From Comamonas sp. (GTDB taxonomy: Bacteria; Pseudomonadota; Gammaproteobacteria; Burkholderiales; Burkholderiaceae_C): 64,000 nucleotides of DNA. The translations under genes were made by a program, and so were the position numbers. The stretch lies in the NCBI GenBank assembly GCA_028690035.1, contig JAQVCA010000001.1, positions 8,410 to 72,409 on the forward strand. The letters are read 5' to 3'. Below, piece by piece: positions 1 to 9,199 of the stretch. How positions within the stretch are numbered: position 1 is the stretch's first letter; every line of letters starts with the position of its first letter. The notes beneath the pieces are model-generated. The model ran no database searches. It saw only the letters and a list, made by a program, of their open reading frames with translations, and had not been told where the DNA came from.

Positions 1-121
1 ACTGTTGCAATGGCTGGGTGTCTGCCTGCGCCGCTGCCTCATCAATGGCGGGGACCGTGGGCACTGCCGCCTTGGTCTTGGCCGCCTTGGCGGCTTTGGT
101 TGTCTTGGTGGTTTCGGTCAT
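1..121 (-). CDS. Phage hypothetical protein, N-terminal part (runs off window)
   Basis: ATG at 121 with GGAG SD; MTETTKTTKAAKAAKTKAAVPTVPAIDE..., open to the window edge; follows the 145..789 gene in the late operon. Confidence 0.6.
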   Translation of the reverse strand, partial: MTETTKTTKAAKAAKTKAAVPTVPAIDEAAAQADTQPLQQ

Positions 122-144
122 CACAGTTGCTCCAAACTGGGGGA

Positions 145-789
145 TCAAGCAATGGGTCCAGGCATCAGGGCAGCACCACTGCGCACCCACTCCTCATTGC
201 GCACCGAGGCCTTGCTGCCAAACTCGGCCTCAAACTGCTGCAGCGCAATCGCGGCTTTGGCATCGTTGTAGAGGTCGTTGTCCATGCGGCTGTAGGCGCG
301 GTACAGCATCCAGTGCACCAAAGCGGGATGCGCTTCTTGGCGAATTTCTGGTTCGTCTTGGCTGTCTTGAAGCTGGCATTTAGGCAGGCGCTGCACAGTC
401 ATGCACAGTTCACCGGGCTGGCTTGGTCGTGGCCACAGGTAAACAGCCCCAGTGGCAACGCCAGACACAAGGTGCTGCACCTGGCGCTGTGGGTCGTTGA
501 ACTGCCAGCCGGGGTACAGGCCATCCATTTCTTCGGCGCTGATCAAGTGCACCGTATGGCCGTCCACAAATGCGCGGGTGACGCGCAGTGCTGTAGATGC
601 CAGCTTGACCAGCTCCTGCCCAGCCTGCAGCTGCACGCGCGAAGCATCAAGCAGCAGCTGGCCACGGCGACATGCCTCTATCTGTGCCTCATTGGCATAG
701 AGGGTCAACAGCTCGTCATCGCAGAAGTACGGCTCAGCCGCGTCGCCTGCCTGTGCGCGATACAGCGCGATCAATTCGCCCAGGGTCAT
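145..789 (-). CDS. Phage virion protein, probable head-tail adaptor/connector
   Basis: 214 aa downstream of the capsid gene; MTLGELI..YR..AGD...Y.N.AQ.E.CRR N-terminus typical of adaptor proteins. Confidence 0.6.
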   Translation of the reverse strand: MTLGELIALYRAQAGDAAEPYFCDDELLTLYANEAQIEACRRGQLLLDASRVQLQAGQELVKLASTALRVTRAFVDGHTVHLISAEEMDGLYPGWQFNDPQRQVQHLVSGVATGAVYLWPRPSQPGELCMTVQRLPKCQLQDSQDEPEIRQEAHPALVHWMLYRAYSRMDNDLYNDAKAAIALQQFEAEFGSKASVRNEEWVRSGAALMPGPIA

Positions 790-797
790 GGCCTGCC

Positions 798-1286
798 TTA
801 GCGTGCTTCAGCCAAGACGCCCACCAGCCAAGCGCCACCGTTGGGGTTGGCGTCACGCACCACGCTGAAGGGATAGCGCAGCGAGTGCATCGCGTGCAGG
901 TGGTTCATGCGCTCACCCAAGCGTTCGTCCAGAGTTTGGCCAAAGTCTGTGCGCTTGGCGCGTGCCAAAACTTCCACGTACTTGCGCTTGACCGTAAAGG
1001 GTTCGCCACGGGGGATGAACTGGGTCGTGCCGTTGACCCCCACTTGCACCAGCTTGGGGTCTTCGGGGTCTTGGGATGGGTTAATCACGATGGTGACCAG
1101 CTCATTGAGGAAGGCTTCCATCTCCAAAGCCCCCTTGGGCATCGGTTTGTCCACCACGTCAATACCGGCCACGCCGGTGATTTCGCCGATGGTGCCTGCA
1201 TGTTCATCGCCCAGGTACTGTGCGCCAGCGTCAATGTGTCCTGCGTTGTGGCTGATGATGGGCGTGGTGCGGTTACGGGTTGCCAT
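798..1286 (-). CDS. Phage hypothetical late protein
   Basis: Start reassigned to MATRNRTT at 1286 (AAGGA SD); lies between capsid and adaptor genes. Confidence 0.7.
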   Translation of the reverse strand: MATRNRTTPIISHNAGHIDAGAQYLGDEHAGTIGEITGVAGIDVVDKPMPKGALEMEAFLNELVTIVINPSQDPEDPKLVQVGVNGTTQFIPRGEPFTVKRKYVEVLARAKRTDFGQTLDERLGERMNHLHAMHSLRYPFSVVRDANPNGGAWLVGVLAEAR

Positions 1287-1353
1287 GCTGAGTTTTCCTT
1301 GAATACTGGCCCAGCGCACTCAAAAGCGCGCCGGGTCTTGGGGTGGTCTGTGG

Positions 1354-2388
1354 TTAGAGCGCCGAAACGCCAGCTTCAGCGACGGCCATCCAGCCCTCGT
1401 TGAGCAGCACCGCGTTCATGTAGAACTTGGCACCGATGTAGCCGCGCTGGCCCAGCGGGTCGGACTTGTCTTTCTGTCCAGGGGGGATGTAGGTGGGATC
1501 GATCGAATCGGCACCGCGCAAAGCCAGCTGGCCCCAGGCATCCTCACCGCACACGATGAATGGGTACACGTCCACCTTGGTTGCACCAGTCAAGCCCGTA
1601 CTCCCAATGTCTGCGCCAGCACCCACATAGGGAGCCAGCTCAGGCGAGGTGGTGAAGCGGAAGTTCTCGCAGCTCCCCAGCTCTTGGGCATGCACAGGCT
1701 TGCGGTTGCCGTACTCGCTCACGTGGATAAAGCCCTTGAGGTCGCGCACATCGGCTTCGGCATCGGTGTGCACAAACACCAGGTACGAGGCTTCCACGGG
1801 GCGCGTGGCAATCTTGGGGCTGGCATCGAGCACGCCCGTGATGCGCTTGGCATGGTTGGCTTGCAGGTTGCGGCTGATCTTGCGCAGCAGGTTCAGCGAA
1901 ATAGCCTCAGCCACCGTGGCGCGCGAGCTGCCGCCTGCGTAGAACACGTTGGTGCAGCCCTTGACCACGCCGTAGCGGATCATTTCGCGCAGCAGGCCCA
2001 CGCGCTCGCCACAGTGCTTTTTCATCTCGGCGGGCACATCGTCCTCGTAGGTATCCACCACCTGGTCAGTCAGCTGATACAGGCAGCCGTACTGCTTGAT
2101 CACCGCGGTAATGTCCTGCGGGGTCAGGCTATCTGCCGTGGGCGTCACGCCCTCGGTCAGCTCATGGGTGGCTGCATCCACCACAGGGCGGTTGCGGGTG
2201 TCCCAGTTGGTGTTGAGCGCGCCATGCGGCAGATAGCGGCGGTACACCACCGTCTTGCCTTGGTTTTTGGGCAGCCCTTTTTGCTGCCCGCAGATGCCCA
2301 GCACCTCGGTAGCAATGGCGTGGGCAAGGATCTCGCCCTTGATTTTGCCAATGCGGGCGGCTGGAGTGGTACTCGTAAATTGAGCCAT
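1354..2388 (-). CDS. Major capsid protein, N4-gp56 family
   Basis: 344 aa; LPKNQGKTVVYRRY, LTEGVTP, KQYG and DPLGQRGYIGAKF motifs; AGGAG SD. Confidence 0.9.
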   Translation of the reverse strand: MAQFTSTTPAARIGKIKGEILAHAIATEVLGICGQQKGLPKNQGKTVVYRRYLPHGALNTNWDTRNRPVVDAATHELTEGVTPTADSLTPQDITAVIKQYGCLYQLTDQVVDTYEDDVPAEMKKHCGERVGLLREMIRYGVVKGCTNVFYAGGSSRATVAEAISLNLLRKISRNLQANHAKRITGVLDASPKIATRPVEASYLVFVHTDAEADVRDLKGFIHVSEYGNRKPVHAQELGSCENFRFTTSPELAPYVGAGADIGSTGLTGATKVDVYPFIVCGEDAWGQLALRGADSIDPTYIPPGQKDKSDPLGQRGYIGAKFYMNAVLLNEGWMAVAEAGVSAL

Positions 2389-2414
2389 GATGTTCTCCTT
2401 GTGGGCCTACCGGC

Positions 2415-3341
2415 TTAGCGGCGGCCCATGACTGTGTTGAAGCCCATTTCAAAGGCCTGTTCTTCGGTCAGCGCGGCTTGAGGCTGCGGCGCGTTGCCTT
2501 GGGGCGTGACGGCTGCAGCCAAGCGCTGCTTGCCCTTGACGTGCTTTTGCGCCTGGGCAGCCTTGGCTGCGCCCCACTGGTCAAACTGGTCAATCACCGC
2601 AGCCATGGCCTGGGCCGTATCGGCTGCGGCAAAAGCGGACTGCACCTCTTGGCCCTGGGCAGCCAGCCACAAACCAAACTCTTGGCCTGTGACTTTTTCG
2701 CGCCAACCGCTGTGCATGCGATCCATCACCGCCAACTCAATCGCCACGGGATCCAGCTCGGCCGACGCTGGAGCTGCAGCCGTGGCCACGGTCTGCCCTT
2801 CCTGCGCTGGCGGCGCTGCCTGTGCGGCTGGTTGCTGGGCTTGGAACAGTGCTTTGGCGTAGGCGGCAAATTCGGGGAAGTCCTGCTCAAACTGCACCAG
2901 CTCTGGTGGCAACTCGGGTGCAGCGGTGTGCACCGGCGCTGCCTGCTGCACGGGTGGCGTCTGCAACTTGCTGCCGAGATCGCCAATTTTTCCGTGCGCC
3001 TTGCGCAGCTGCAGTTCAAGGTCCGGCACTTTCGATGCCTGTTCCAGCAAGCGCTTGACTTCGCTGCGCTTGAAGCCATCCAGCACCACGGGGTCGTCTT
3101 CCGGGTCGTTGCTGCTTCCCTGCCCTGCTGGCGCTTGTGCCCCATCAGGTTGGTTGCTGGCGTCGGGCTGGTCATCGACGGCTTCGGTGGTGACAGAGGC
3201 ATCAGGCTGCGCACCTTCCGTGGCCGTATCCACCCCTGCATCGGCTGCTGTCGCCTCGGATGCGGGGATGGGCTGGCCGCTGGCTTGGGCAAAGCCTTGC
3301 TCAAACGCCTCGTTCTCTGCTTGCTGGTCTTCTACGCTCAT
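2415..3341 (-). CDS. Probable capsid scaffolding protein
   Basis: 308 aa acidic, Ala/Gln-rich, coiled-coil; immediately upstream of MCP. Confidence 0.65.
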   Translation of the reverse strand: MSVEDQQAENEAFEQGFAQASGQPIPASEATAADAGVDTATEGAQPDASVTTEAVDDQPDASNQPDGAQAPAGQGSSNDPEDDPVVLDGFKRSEVKRLLEQASKVPDLELQLRKAHGKIGDLGSKLQTPPVQQAAPVHTAAPELPPELVQFEQDFPEFAAYAKALFQAQQPAAQAAPPAQEGQTVATAAAPASAELDPVAIELAVMDRMHSGWREKVTGQEFGLWLAAQGQEVQSAFAAADTAQAMAAVIDQFDQWGAAKAAQAQKHVKGKQRLAAAVTPQGNAPQPQAALTEEQAFEMGFNTVMGRR

Positions 3342-3379
3342 GCTTCATGCACTCCTGTTCTCACTATTCACCCTCGGCC

Positions 3380-3595
3380 TTAGTAGGCGGCGGGCTCTTG
3401 CTCTGGGGCCGGCCTAGGTTCGGCCAGCGCCAGCAACTCTTTCCACGCTGCAATGCGGCCCCGCTTGTTGGCGGTGGCTATGGCATCCAGCGTCGGGCTA
3501 TCGTTTTGCTCACGCAGCTGGGCCACCTTCTGGGCGGCCAGCGCTTGCACGGCGTGCCAGGTGGGTGAGGTGAAATCAATAGCCGGTTTGCTCAT
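3380..3595 (-). CDS. Small phage head-module protein (Bbp19-like)
   Basis: SPTW..VQ...QLREQND...T...RGRIAAWKELL pattern, between portal and scaffold; start at 3595 follows the conserved upstream motif. Confidence 0.65.
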   Translation of the reverse strand: MSKPAIDFTSPTWHAVQALAAQKVAQLREQNDSPTLDAIATANKRGRIAAWKELLALAEPRPAPEQEPAAY

Positions 3596-3645
3596 GCCCC
3601 GCAGTGTTCCCATTTACACAGCAGGGCGCGAACCCTAGCCGGGGG
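3596..3645 (-). promoter_or_regulatory. Bipartite late-gene motif copy 1: CCCCCGGCTAGGGTTCGCGCC-N14-GGAACACTGCGGGG before ATG
   Basis: Near-identical to the element at 7831-7881 with identical 14-nt spacing. Confidence 0.65.
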
Positions 3646-5824
3646 ATGCCTCTGGCTGCACACCATCCGCCACAGGTGTTTCAATGCCCTGCAGCAAGCC
3701 AACGGCAGGATTAGCCGGTGTCAGTGGGTTGGTATTGCTGGGCAAGTCCACGCCCTGCCCTGGGCCTGCCGCCTGCGGCACGATAGGGGCGGCATCTCTG
3801 TCCTCGTAGCCAGCAGAGCGAAGCAACCCGTCTGCCGTGGTGGCCGTGGCCGGAATCTGCTCAATCACCTGGGCCGCCTGCACCGCGCCATACTGCGCCT
3901 CCACCGCCTTATTCACAGCTTCAGCCTGCACCTTGGTGGCCTGCGCTTCCAGCAGCTTGGTCTTGGCCTGTAGCGTGGGGTCTTGCCCTTGCTGCGCTTG
4001 CTGGGCCTTCTTGTCCTCGGACAGCTGGAAGTTCTTGGGATCAAGCCGCTGCCCACGGCACAGCTCGGCTGCCAGCTTGGCCGGGTCAAGCTCGTACACA
4101 GGATTGGCCGCTGCCTGCAGCAAACTCATGAGGAACTGCTGCTGCGCATCGCGCTCCACCAGCGCCGACGATGCACGCACATCGATCTGGAAGTCCCCCT
4201 TGATGCTCTCGTCCTCGTTGTAGGCCATCATCCAGTCGAAATAGCGCTGAATGTGCGGGCGCGTCATATAGTCGTCAAAGCGCTTAGCCAAACGGCGCAG
4301 CACGCTCGTGGCATTGTTGTTTTGCATCTGCATGCCGCCCAGCGTGTTGGGCGCATCACCGCGAATGCCTTGCAACATGGCTGGCATGCCCGTGGTGTCC
4401 TCGGCCATCTTGAGCGCGAAGTTGATGATGTTCATCAGCTCGCCCTGCACGCTGGTGACGGCAAAGCTTGCGAAAGCGCCACGCACATCAGATACATCGC
4501 TACTCGTCTCTGCCCGCCACACCTTGCCTGGGCGCAGCGTCCAGTTGCCATCCACCGGAGTGATGCCGTTGCCAATGACCACCTGGGGCGATGCCGACAG
4601 GCCGCTGTTGTCCATCATGGCGCGCACAGCCCCATTGAGCATGCGCTGCACGGTACGAATCTGTCGGCTGATACCCATGCCCCACGGCATACCGGGGCGG
4701 CGCTGCCAGGCCAGCACGTCATACGGGAACTCACCGCTCTCGATGGGGCTGAGCACGCACTTGACCAGGCGGTCATTGATCATCACCGCCATGGCGGGCA
4801 TCTGCTCATCCACATCATCATCCAGCGCCACGCCCATAGCCTGCAGCTGCTGGCGCATGCAGTGGCCGTGAAAAATCCACATCTCATACTCATCGTCGCT
4901 GCGCCGGTACACAGCCTCGGTGCCCTCGCGCGTCTTCGCAGGGCCTTCCCGCAGCGCGGCCAGCAGCTCTGCTTGGTCGTAGCTCTGGTCTTTGAGCATT
5001 TCCTTGAGCTGGCGCTTGCCGATGTACTCGCGCTCCCATGTGTAACTGCCGCCGTGGATGTTCTCGCCGCAGGCAGGGTCGGGGAAGAAATTCCAGAAGT
5101 CGATGCGCTTGGAGCCAGGCTTGATCTCGTCCAGCTTGATTTGCGACTTGATCTTTGTCACCGGGTCTTCGCGCGTCATGCGCACCGAGCGCATCACGGG
5201 ATACGGGCCCTTGAACACGCCTGACCCGCAGCGTGCAGCATCTTCAATCACTTGCCGCACCTCCCCATGCCAATTACTCTCCACCAGCGGGTCTTCAATG
5301 GCCTTCTGCATCTTCTTGGCTGCCTCGGCTGCCTGCTCTGCCTGCAGCTCCAGCGCCTGCTGGGCCTGCACAGGGTCATCCATCTGCATGGCCTGGGCCA
5401 GCTGCGTGAGCTGGTGCTGGCTCAGCGTAGGCAGTGGCGTGGCCTTGATCTCCCAAGCCCGGTCATCCGTGGGCAGCAGCATGTCAGACACCCGCGCACT
5501 GGCCGCATCCACATAGGGGCGGGTGATGTTCAGGAAGACCACCGAGCGTGTCGCTTGCTCGCTCTTGCGCTCGTTGCCCAGCACGGCCTTGGATTTGCTG
5601 CGGTAGAGCATGTTGGACGTTTGAAAAGCCCGGTTGGCATCGTCAATGCCTTGGTAGTGCTCTTCGTCCTCGGTCCACTCCTCCTCGATGCCCGAGCCCG
5701 CGCGACCAGCGATGGCTTCGCGGCGCTTGGCCAGCAGGTTTTGCAGCAGCACCTGGCGGTCGTCAAAGGCAGGTGTGTCGTCGTTGTGGGGCTGCAAGCC
5801 CCCTTGGTTGAAGGTTGCTTGCAT
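3635..5824 (-). CDS. Portal protein
   Basis: 729 aa directly after TerL; P22/podovirus-like portal size; FFPDP and GEFPY..WQRRPG.PWG.G motifs. Confidence 0.85.
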   Translation of the reverse strand: MQATFNQGGLQPHNDDTPAFDDRQVLLQNLLAKRREAIAGRAGSGIEEEWTEDEEHYQGIDDANRAFQTSNMLYRSKSKAVLGNERKSEQATRSVVFLNITRPYVDAASARVSDMLLPTDDRAWEIKATPLPTLSQHQLTQLAQAMQMDDPVQAQQALELQAEQAAEAAKKMQKAIEDPLVESNWHGEVRQVIEDAARCGSGVFKGPYPVMRSVRMTREDPVTKIKSQIKLDEIKPGSKRIDFWNFFPDPACGENIHGGSYTWEREYIGKRQLKEMLKDQSYDQAELLAALREGPAKTREGTEAVYRRSDDEYEMWIFHGHCMRQQLQAMGVALDDDVDEQMPAMAVMINDRLVKCVLSPIESGEFPYDVLAWQRRPGMPWGMGISRQIRTVQRMLNGAVRAMMDNSGLSASPQVVIGNGITPVDGNWTLRPGKVWRAETSSDVSDVRGAFASFAVTSVQGELMNIINFALKMAEDTTGMPAMLQGIRGDAPNTLGGMQMQNNNATSVLRRLAKRFDDYMTRPHIQRYFDWMMAYNEDESIKGDFQIDVRASSALVERDAQQQFLMSLLQAAANPVYELDPAKLAAELCRGQRLDPKNFQLSEDKKAQQAQQGQDPTLQAKTKLLEAQATKVQAEAVNKAVEAQYGAVQAAQVIEQIPATATTADGLLRSAGYEDRDAAPIVPQAAGPGQGVDLPSNTNPLTPANPAVGLLQGIETPVADGVQPEASPG

Positions 5825-5825
5825 G

Positions 5826-7136
5826 TCAGTACCCGATCTCGCGGTCTAAAGGTGTCCAATTGCCACTTGCCTGCACCACAGGCTGTGCTTGCTGGGCACG
5901 GTACATGTGCTCCACAGACATCCCCACATAGCGGAATGCGTCAGCACCGTGGCTGTATTCGTCGTGCAGCGGAGCATTGCCCTCGCCTGCCTTATTCAAA
6001 GCCCGCTGGTAGCGCTTCAGGCACTCCAGCAGCCGCGCAGTCTTGTTGGCGTCAAAGTAGCACCGGGGAAATGCCATACGCGCCAGCTTGATGCCCTCTT
6101 CCACGCCCAGTGCTGCATTGCACCGTACCTGACGGCGACCCAGCTGCTTGAGCCGCTGCTCTGTGCTCATGCCCGTTTGAAAATTGCCGTTCTTGCCGTC
6201 GTGCGGCAGATAGTCCCAGCCCCAGCGATATGGGCGCTTCTCCAGCTGCGCCACGTACCAATCCAGCGTTCGATGGCTATCCTCAAGGTAGTCAATGACC
6301 CGTACATCCTGCGCGCTGCCGACCTGCACCATGACAATGGCCATGGCATCGTTCCAGCCCAAGTCCCAGACGGTGTGCACCGGCAAGCGTGGGTCGTAGG
6401 GCACTTTGCACGCGCGGCCATCGGCATACAGTGCTTCCACTTCGTAGCGATAGATAGCGCCAGCAGCAACCTTTCTGGCCTTGCCTTCCCAGATGTGCTC
6501 GAAGTCATCCTTGCTCATACTCCGCTTGGCTTTCTTGCGCTCTTCGTCCAGTACCGATGGAAACCAGGGGTTGTCGCGCCAGTTGATTTCCACAACCCAG
6601 GTATCTGGACTGGGCGAAGCGATAAAGCGTTGGTACGTCTCATCGGATTCCATGTCCGGGTTGAGCGTCAGCCAAATCTCAGAACCTTCTTTTCGGATCG
6701 TGGGAATCAGCACATCCCAGCTCTTCTTGCTCACGCCATGGGCTTCTTCTACCCAAACGATGTCGCAGCCCTCAAAGGACTTGATGGAGTCCACGGTATG
6801 GGACTGCAAGCCAGCGAACAGGAAAAGCGAGCCATTGACACCACGAATCTCTGTTTCCAGCACTTCAAAGAATGCCCCAAGGCCCAAGCGTGCGATTTGG
6901 TCGGTCAAAAGCTGGTGCACCGACTGCTTGATCGACTTCTGCACCTCACGAGCACAGAGCACGCGCAGTGGATGCTGTGCAGCCATTGCCAGAAGCACCC
7001 CAGCCACAGTCCACGACTTACCGCCGCCGCGCCCCCCATGCATGACCTTGTATCGCTTGGGCTGCCAGATGGGCGCCAGCTTCTGCGGCACCTGCAGCAC
7101 GGGTGCATCTTGTGCATCACTCGCCTGCATCGTCAT
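5826..7136 (-). CDS. terL: Terminase large subunit (PBSX family)
   Basis: Walker A GGRGGGKS, Walker B WVEEA, LTLNP, nuclease WDLGWND and HGADAFRY. Confidence 0.93.
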   Translation of the reverse strand: MTMQASDAQDAPVLQVPQKLAPIWQPKRYKVMHGGRGGGKSWTVAGVLLAMAAQHPLRVLCAREVQKSIKQSVHQLLTDQIARLGLGAFFEVLETEIRGVNGSLFLFAGLQSHTVDSIKSFEGCDIVWVEEAHGVSKKSWDVLIPTIRKEGSEIWLTLNPDMESDETYQRFIASPSPDTWVVEINWRDNPWFPSVLDEERKKAKRSMSKDDFEHIWEGKARKVAAGAIYRYEVEALYADGRACKVPYDPRLPVHTVWDLGWNDAMAIVMVQVGSAQDVRVIDYLEDSHRTLDWYVAQLEKRPYRWGWDYLPHDGKNGNFQTGMSTEQRLKQLGRRQVRCNAALGVEEGIKLARMAFPRCYFDANKTARLLECLKRYQRALNKAGEGNAPLHDEYSHGADAFRYVGMSVEHMYRAQQAQPVVQASGNWTPLDREIGY

Positions 7137-7830
7137 CCTCCTGACGCGCGGGTGCAGTCACGTGCACCACACGGATAGCTGGCGGCACATAGCCTGCTGT
7201 ACCAGGTGCTGCACCATCCGCGCCCTTGGCGTCCATACCGAAGGCCTGACGTTCCATGTCCACAGTGATTCGCAGCGTCTCGGCCAAAGTCTTTGCCGTC
7301 TTCGCACGCTCGGGCAAGCTGATGATCTTGCGGTACAGGTCGTTGAGCTTGTCTTGGCCGTTCTCGTCTGGGTTGCGTAGCATGTCGCCCAAGTCGGCCA
7401 ACAGAGCTGCATTCTCTGGGCCTACCTGCGCTTCCAGCTCCTGCATCAGGCTTTCCACGATGGCTTGCTTACGCTGGATCAGCTTCCTCTGCGCCAGCTG
7501 AACATCTGCAATCGCCCTGGCATTTGCATCCACAAGTACGCGCTCGGAAACAGAGGATTCCTTGCGTACCAAGTTGCGTACCGCCTCATTGCGTACCAGC
7601 TGATCTGCCTTTTCCTGGATGCGCTCGGACAGGTCGCGTGTCCAGTCATCACGCTTTGCACGCTTGCGGATGGCACCTTCAGTGATGCCGTTCTCACCGG
7701 CAATCTGCCGCAGCGTCTTGATGCCCGCCCGGTAGTCCAGCTCGATGCGCTCCCAGTCCACCGCCTTGGTGCTGGGAGCCTTACCCCCTGGGGCCGGGGG
7801 TGATGGTGGGGTTTGTGGTTTCTTGGTCAT
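7117..7830 (-). CDS. terS: Terminase small subunit
   Basis: N-terminal HTH DWERIELDYRAGIKTLRQIA..GITEGAIRKRAKRDDW; overlaps the terL start. Confidence 0.8.
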   Translation of the reverse strand: MTKKPQTPPSPPAPGGKAPSTKAVDWERIELDYRAGIKTLRQIAGENGITEGAIRKRAKRDDWTRDLSERIQEKADQLVRNEAVRNLVRKESSVSERVLVDANARAIADVQLAQRKLIQRKQAIVESLMQELEAQVGPENAALLADLGDMLRNPDENGQDKLNDLYRKIISLPERAKTAKTLAETLRITVDMERQAFGMDAKGADGAAPGTAGYVPPAIRVVHVTAPARQEDDDAGE

Positions 7831-7881
7831 TACCCCGGAGTGTTCCGGGGATGCTTCTCAGGCGCGAACCCTAGGCGGGGG
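7831..7881 (-). promoter_or_regulatory. Bipartite late-gene motif copy 2: CCCCCGCCTAGGGTTCGCGCC-N14-GGAACACTCCGGGG before the terS ATG
   Basis: Repeat of 3596-3645; sits just downstream of an intrinsic terminator. Confidence 0.65.
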
Positions 7882-7907
7882 AAAAGAAAGCCCGCACGAT
7901 GGCGGGC
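7881..7907 (-). terminator. Intrinsic terminator between rha and terS
   Basis: GCCCGC-CATCGT-GCGGGC stem followed by TTTTCTTTT on the minus strand. Confidence 0.75.
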
Positions 7908-7930
7908 AAATTTTTGAATAAAAAATGACT

Positions 7931-7965
7931 TTACCGCTTACTGGGTAAGCGCTGACAGCTATTGA
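7931..7965. repeat. Host-type REP-like palindrome inside the prophage
   Basis: CGCTTA-CTGGG-TAAGCG-CTGACAGCTAT matches host copies at 45908, 50229 and 63838. Confidence 0.65.
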
Positions 7966-7968
7966 TTT

Positions 7969-8925
7969 TTAGCTGCAGTTACCCACCGTACCACCTCGGC
8001 CCTGCCAGCGGTTGAGGAAGTGCATGGCAGTGTGCATCTTGCTCAATGCTTCATCCACTTCGGTCCAGCCACTGACCAGCAGGTCGTGCAGCGTTTGTGC
8101 TGCATCGTGCAGATCTTGGCGGGCCTGGGCGGTGGGCAGGTGGTCGCTCCAGTTCAGGATATCCAAGGCGATGCTCTTGGCAACTTCAATGGTTCGGCCA
8201 TTGCGCGGGTAAGGGTTGGCCGGGTTGTAGCGGTAAGTGCCAACCGGGGGCGGCTGCATGTGCAGATCCAGACGCGGCAGTTGCAGTGCTGCCTGACTCT
8301 GGATGGCGGGTTGTGTGGATTCATCCACCAACTCCCACTGGGCAATGTGGCGGGCAATGATGGACAGGGCTTCCTCAAACTCGCTGGCTGGTATCTGGCG
8401 ATAGGGCACTTTGAAGTGCGACTTGAGTTTGCTCCAGCCCTGGCGCATTGCCTCACCGCGTCTTCCCATGGGCAAGCGCTTGACGTTGCTTTCCAGCAGG
8501 GCGCGCAGGGCAATTTGTTGGGCTTCGTTCAGAGTGTCGCCGGGCTGCGTGGTGTAGGGAGCCTTGCGCAACAGCTCTGCTTCCATCGCGTTGAAGGCGG
8601 TGATGTAGGCCAACTTCCATTGCAGCGCCTCTTTGCCGGTGAAGCCCATGGCCAGCAGCGTGAAGCCATCGCGGGTGATGCGGTAAGCTGGGTCTTTACG
8701 GGTGCGACCCATGCCCAAATCGACGTCGATTTGTATGAGCGCAAAATTGCGCTGATACCCCTCTGGCAATTCTTTCAGCAGATTCTTGATGGCGCGAAGC
8801 ACGTCCTTGTGCTGCTTGCCGAAGTGCTCCGCGATTTGCAGGCTGGTGGTGGTGATTTGACCGTCGATGATTTTGAGGTCAGGGGTTGCGATAGCAACGG
8901 ACGTGCCAGTGGTGGTGTCAGCCAT
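7969..8925 (-). CDS. rha: Rha-family regulatory protein with ORF6C-like domain (antirepressor-like)
   Basis: ITTTSLQIAEHFGKQHKDVLRAI...Y.ITRDGFTLLAMGFTGKEALQWKLAYI.AFN (Rha); WSKLKSHFKVPYRQIPASEFEEA (ORF6C-like); start MADTTTG with AAAGGAG SD. Confidence 0.88.
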   Translation of the reverse strand: MADTTTGTSVAIATPDLKIIDGQITTTSLQIAEHFGKQHKDVLRAIKNLLKELPEGYQRNFALIQIDVDLGMGRTRKDPAYRITRDGFTLLAMGFTGKEALQWKLAYITAFNAMEAELLRKAPYTTQPGDTLNEAQQIALRALLESNVKRLPMGRRGEAMRQGWSKLKSHFKVPYRQIPASEFEEALSIIARHIAQWELVDESTQPAIQSQAALQLPRLDLHMQPPPVGTYRYNPANPYPRNGRTIEVAKSIALDILNWSDHLPTAQARQDLHDAAQTLHDLLVSGWTEVDEALSKMHTAMHFLNRWQGRGGTVGNCS

Positions 8926-8933
8926 GGTTGGCT

Positions 8934-8973
8934 CCTTTGTGACAAGTTTTGAACCTGTCATACCTCCCGCCAA
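8934..8973 (-). promoter_or_regulatory. c4 target pair a2/b2 (UUGGCGG ... ACAAAGG), b2 overlapping the rha SD
   Basis: Plus-strand CCGCCAA 8967-8973 and CCTTTGT 8934-8940. Confidence 0.75.
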
Positions 8974-8987
8974 GGAGGGGTGACAGA

Positions 8988-9049
8988 CCGTGTGGGGTTG
9001 GCGGACCGGACAAAGGAACCGGCGCACCCTTGCGGGTGCCCCCACACGG
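8988..9049 (-). ncRNA. c4-like antisense RNA (P1 c4 / P4 CI type)
   Basis: 10-bp closing stem 8988-8997/9040-9049, inner hairpin 9024-9039, and single-stranded CCUUUGU and CCGCCAA complementary to two flanking target pairs. Confidence 0.8.
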
Positions 9050-9081
9050 CCCGTCGTAAACGGAGCCATGCTGCACAAATG

Positions 9082-9142
9082 AAAAAAGCCGCTACCTGAA
9101 TGGCGCGGCTTTTGCCTCTGCGCCTTTGTTGCGGGCCGCCAA
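9082..9142 (-). promoter_or_regulatory. c4 target pair a1/b1 followed by an intrinsic terminator/attenuator
   Basis: CCGCCAA 9136-9142, CCTTTGT 9123-9129; AAAAGCCGC...GCGGCTTTTTT hairpin 9082-9113. Confidence 0.72.
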
Positions 9143-9199
9143 GCCCGTGCCCTGTTTTGCAGGGACGGGCGCAGTATGCCACAACAACAACTTTTGACG

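Noticed and set aside
1-7830. BPP-1-like small head gene suggested a diversity-generating retroelement
   Set aside because: No reverse transcriptase or TR/VR repeat in the window; tail genes lie outside it.
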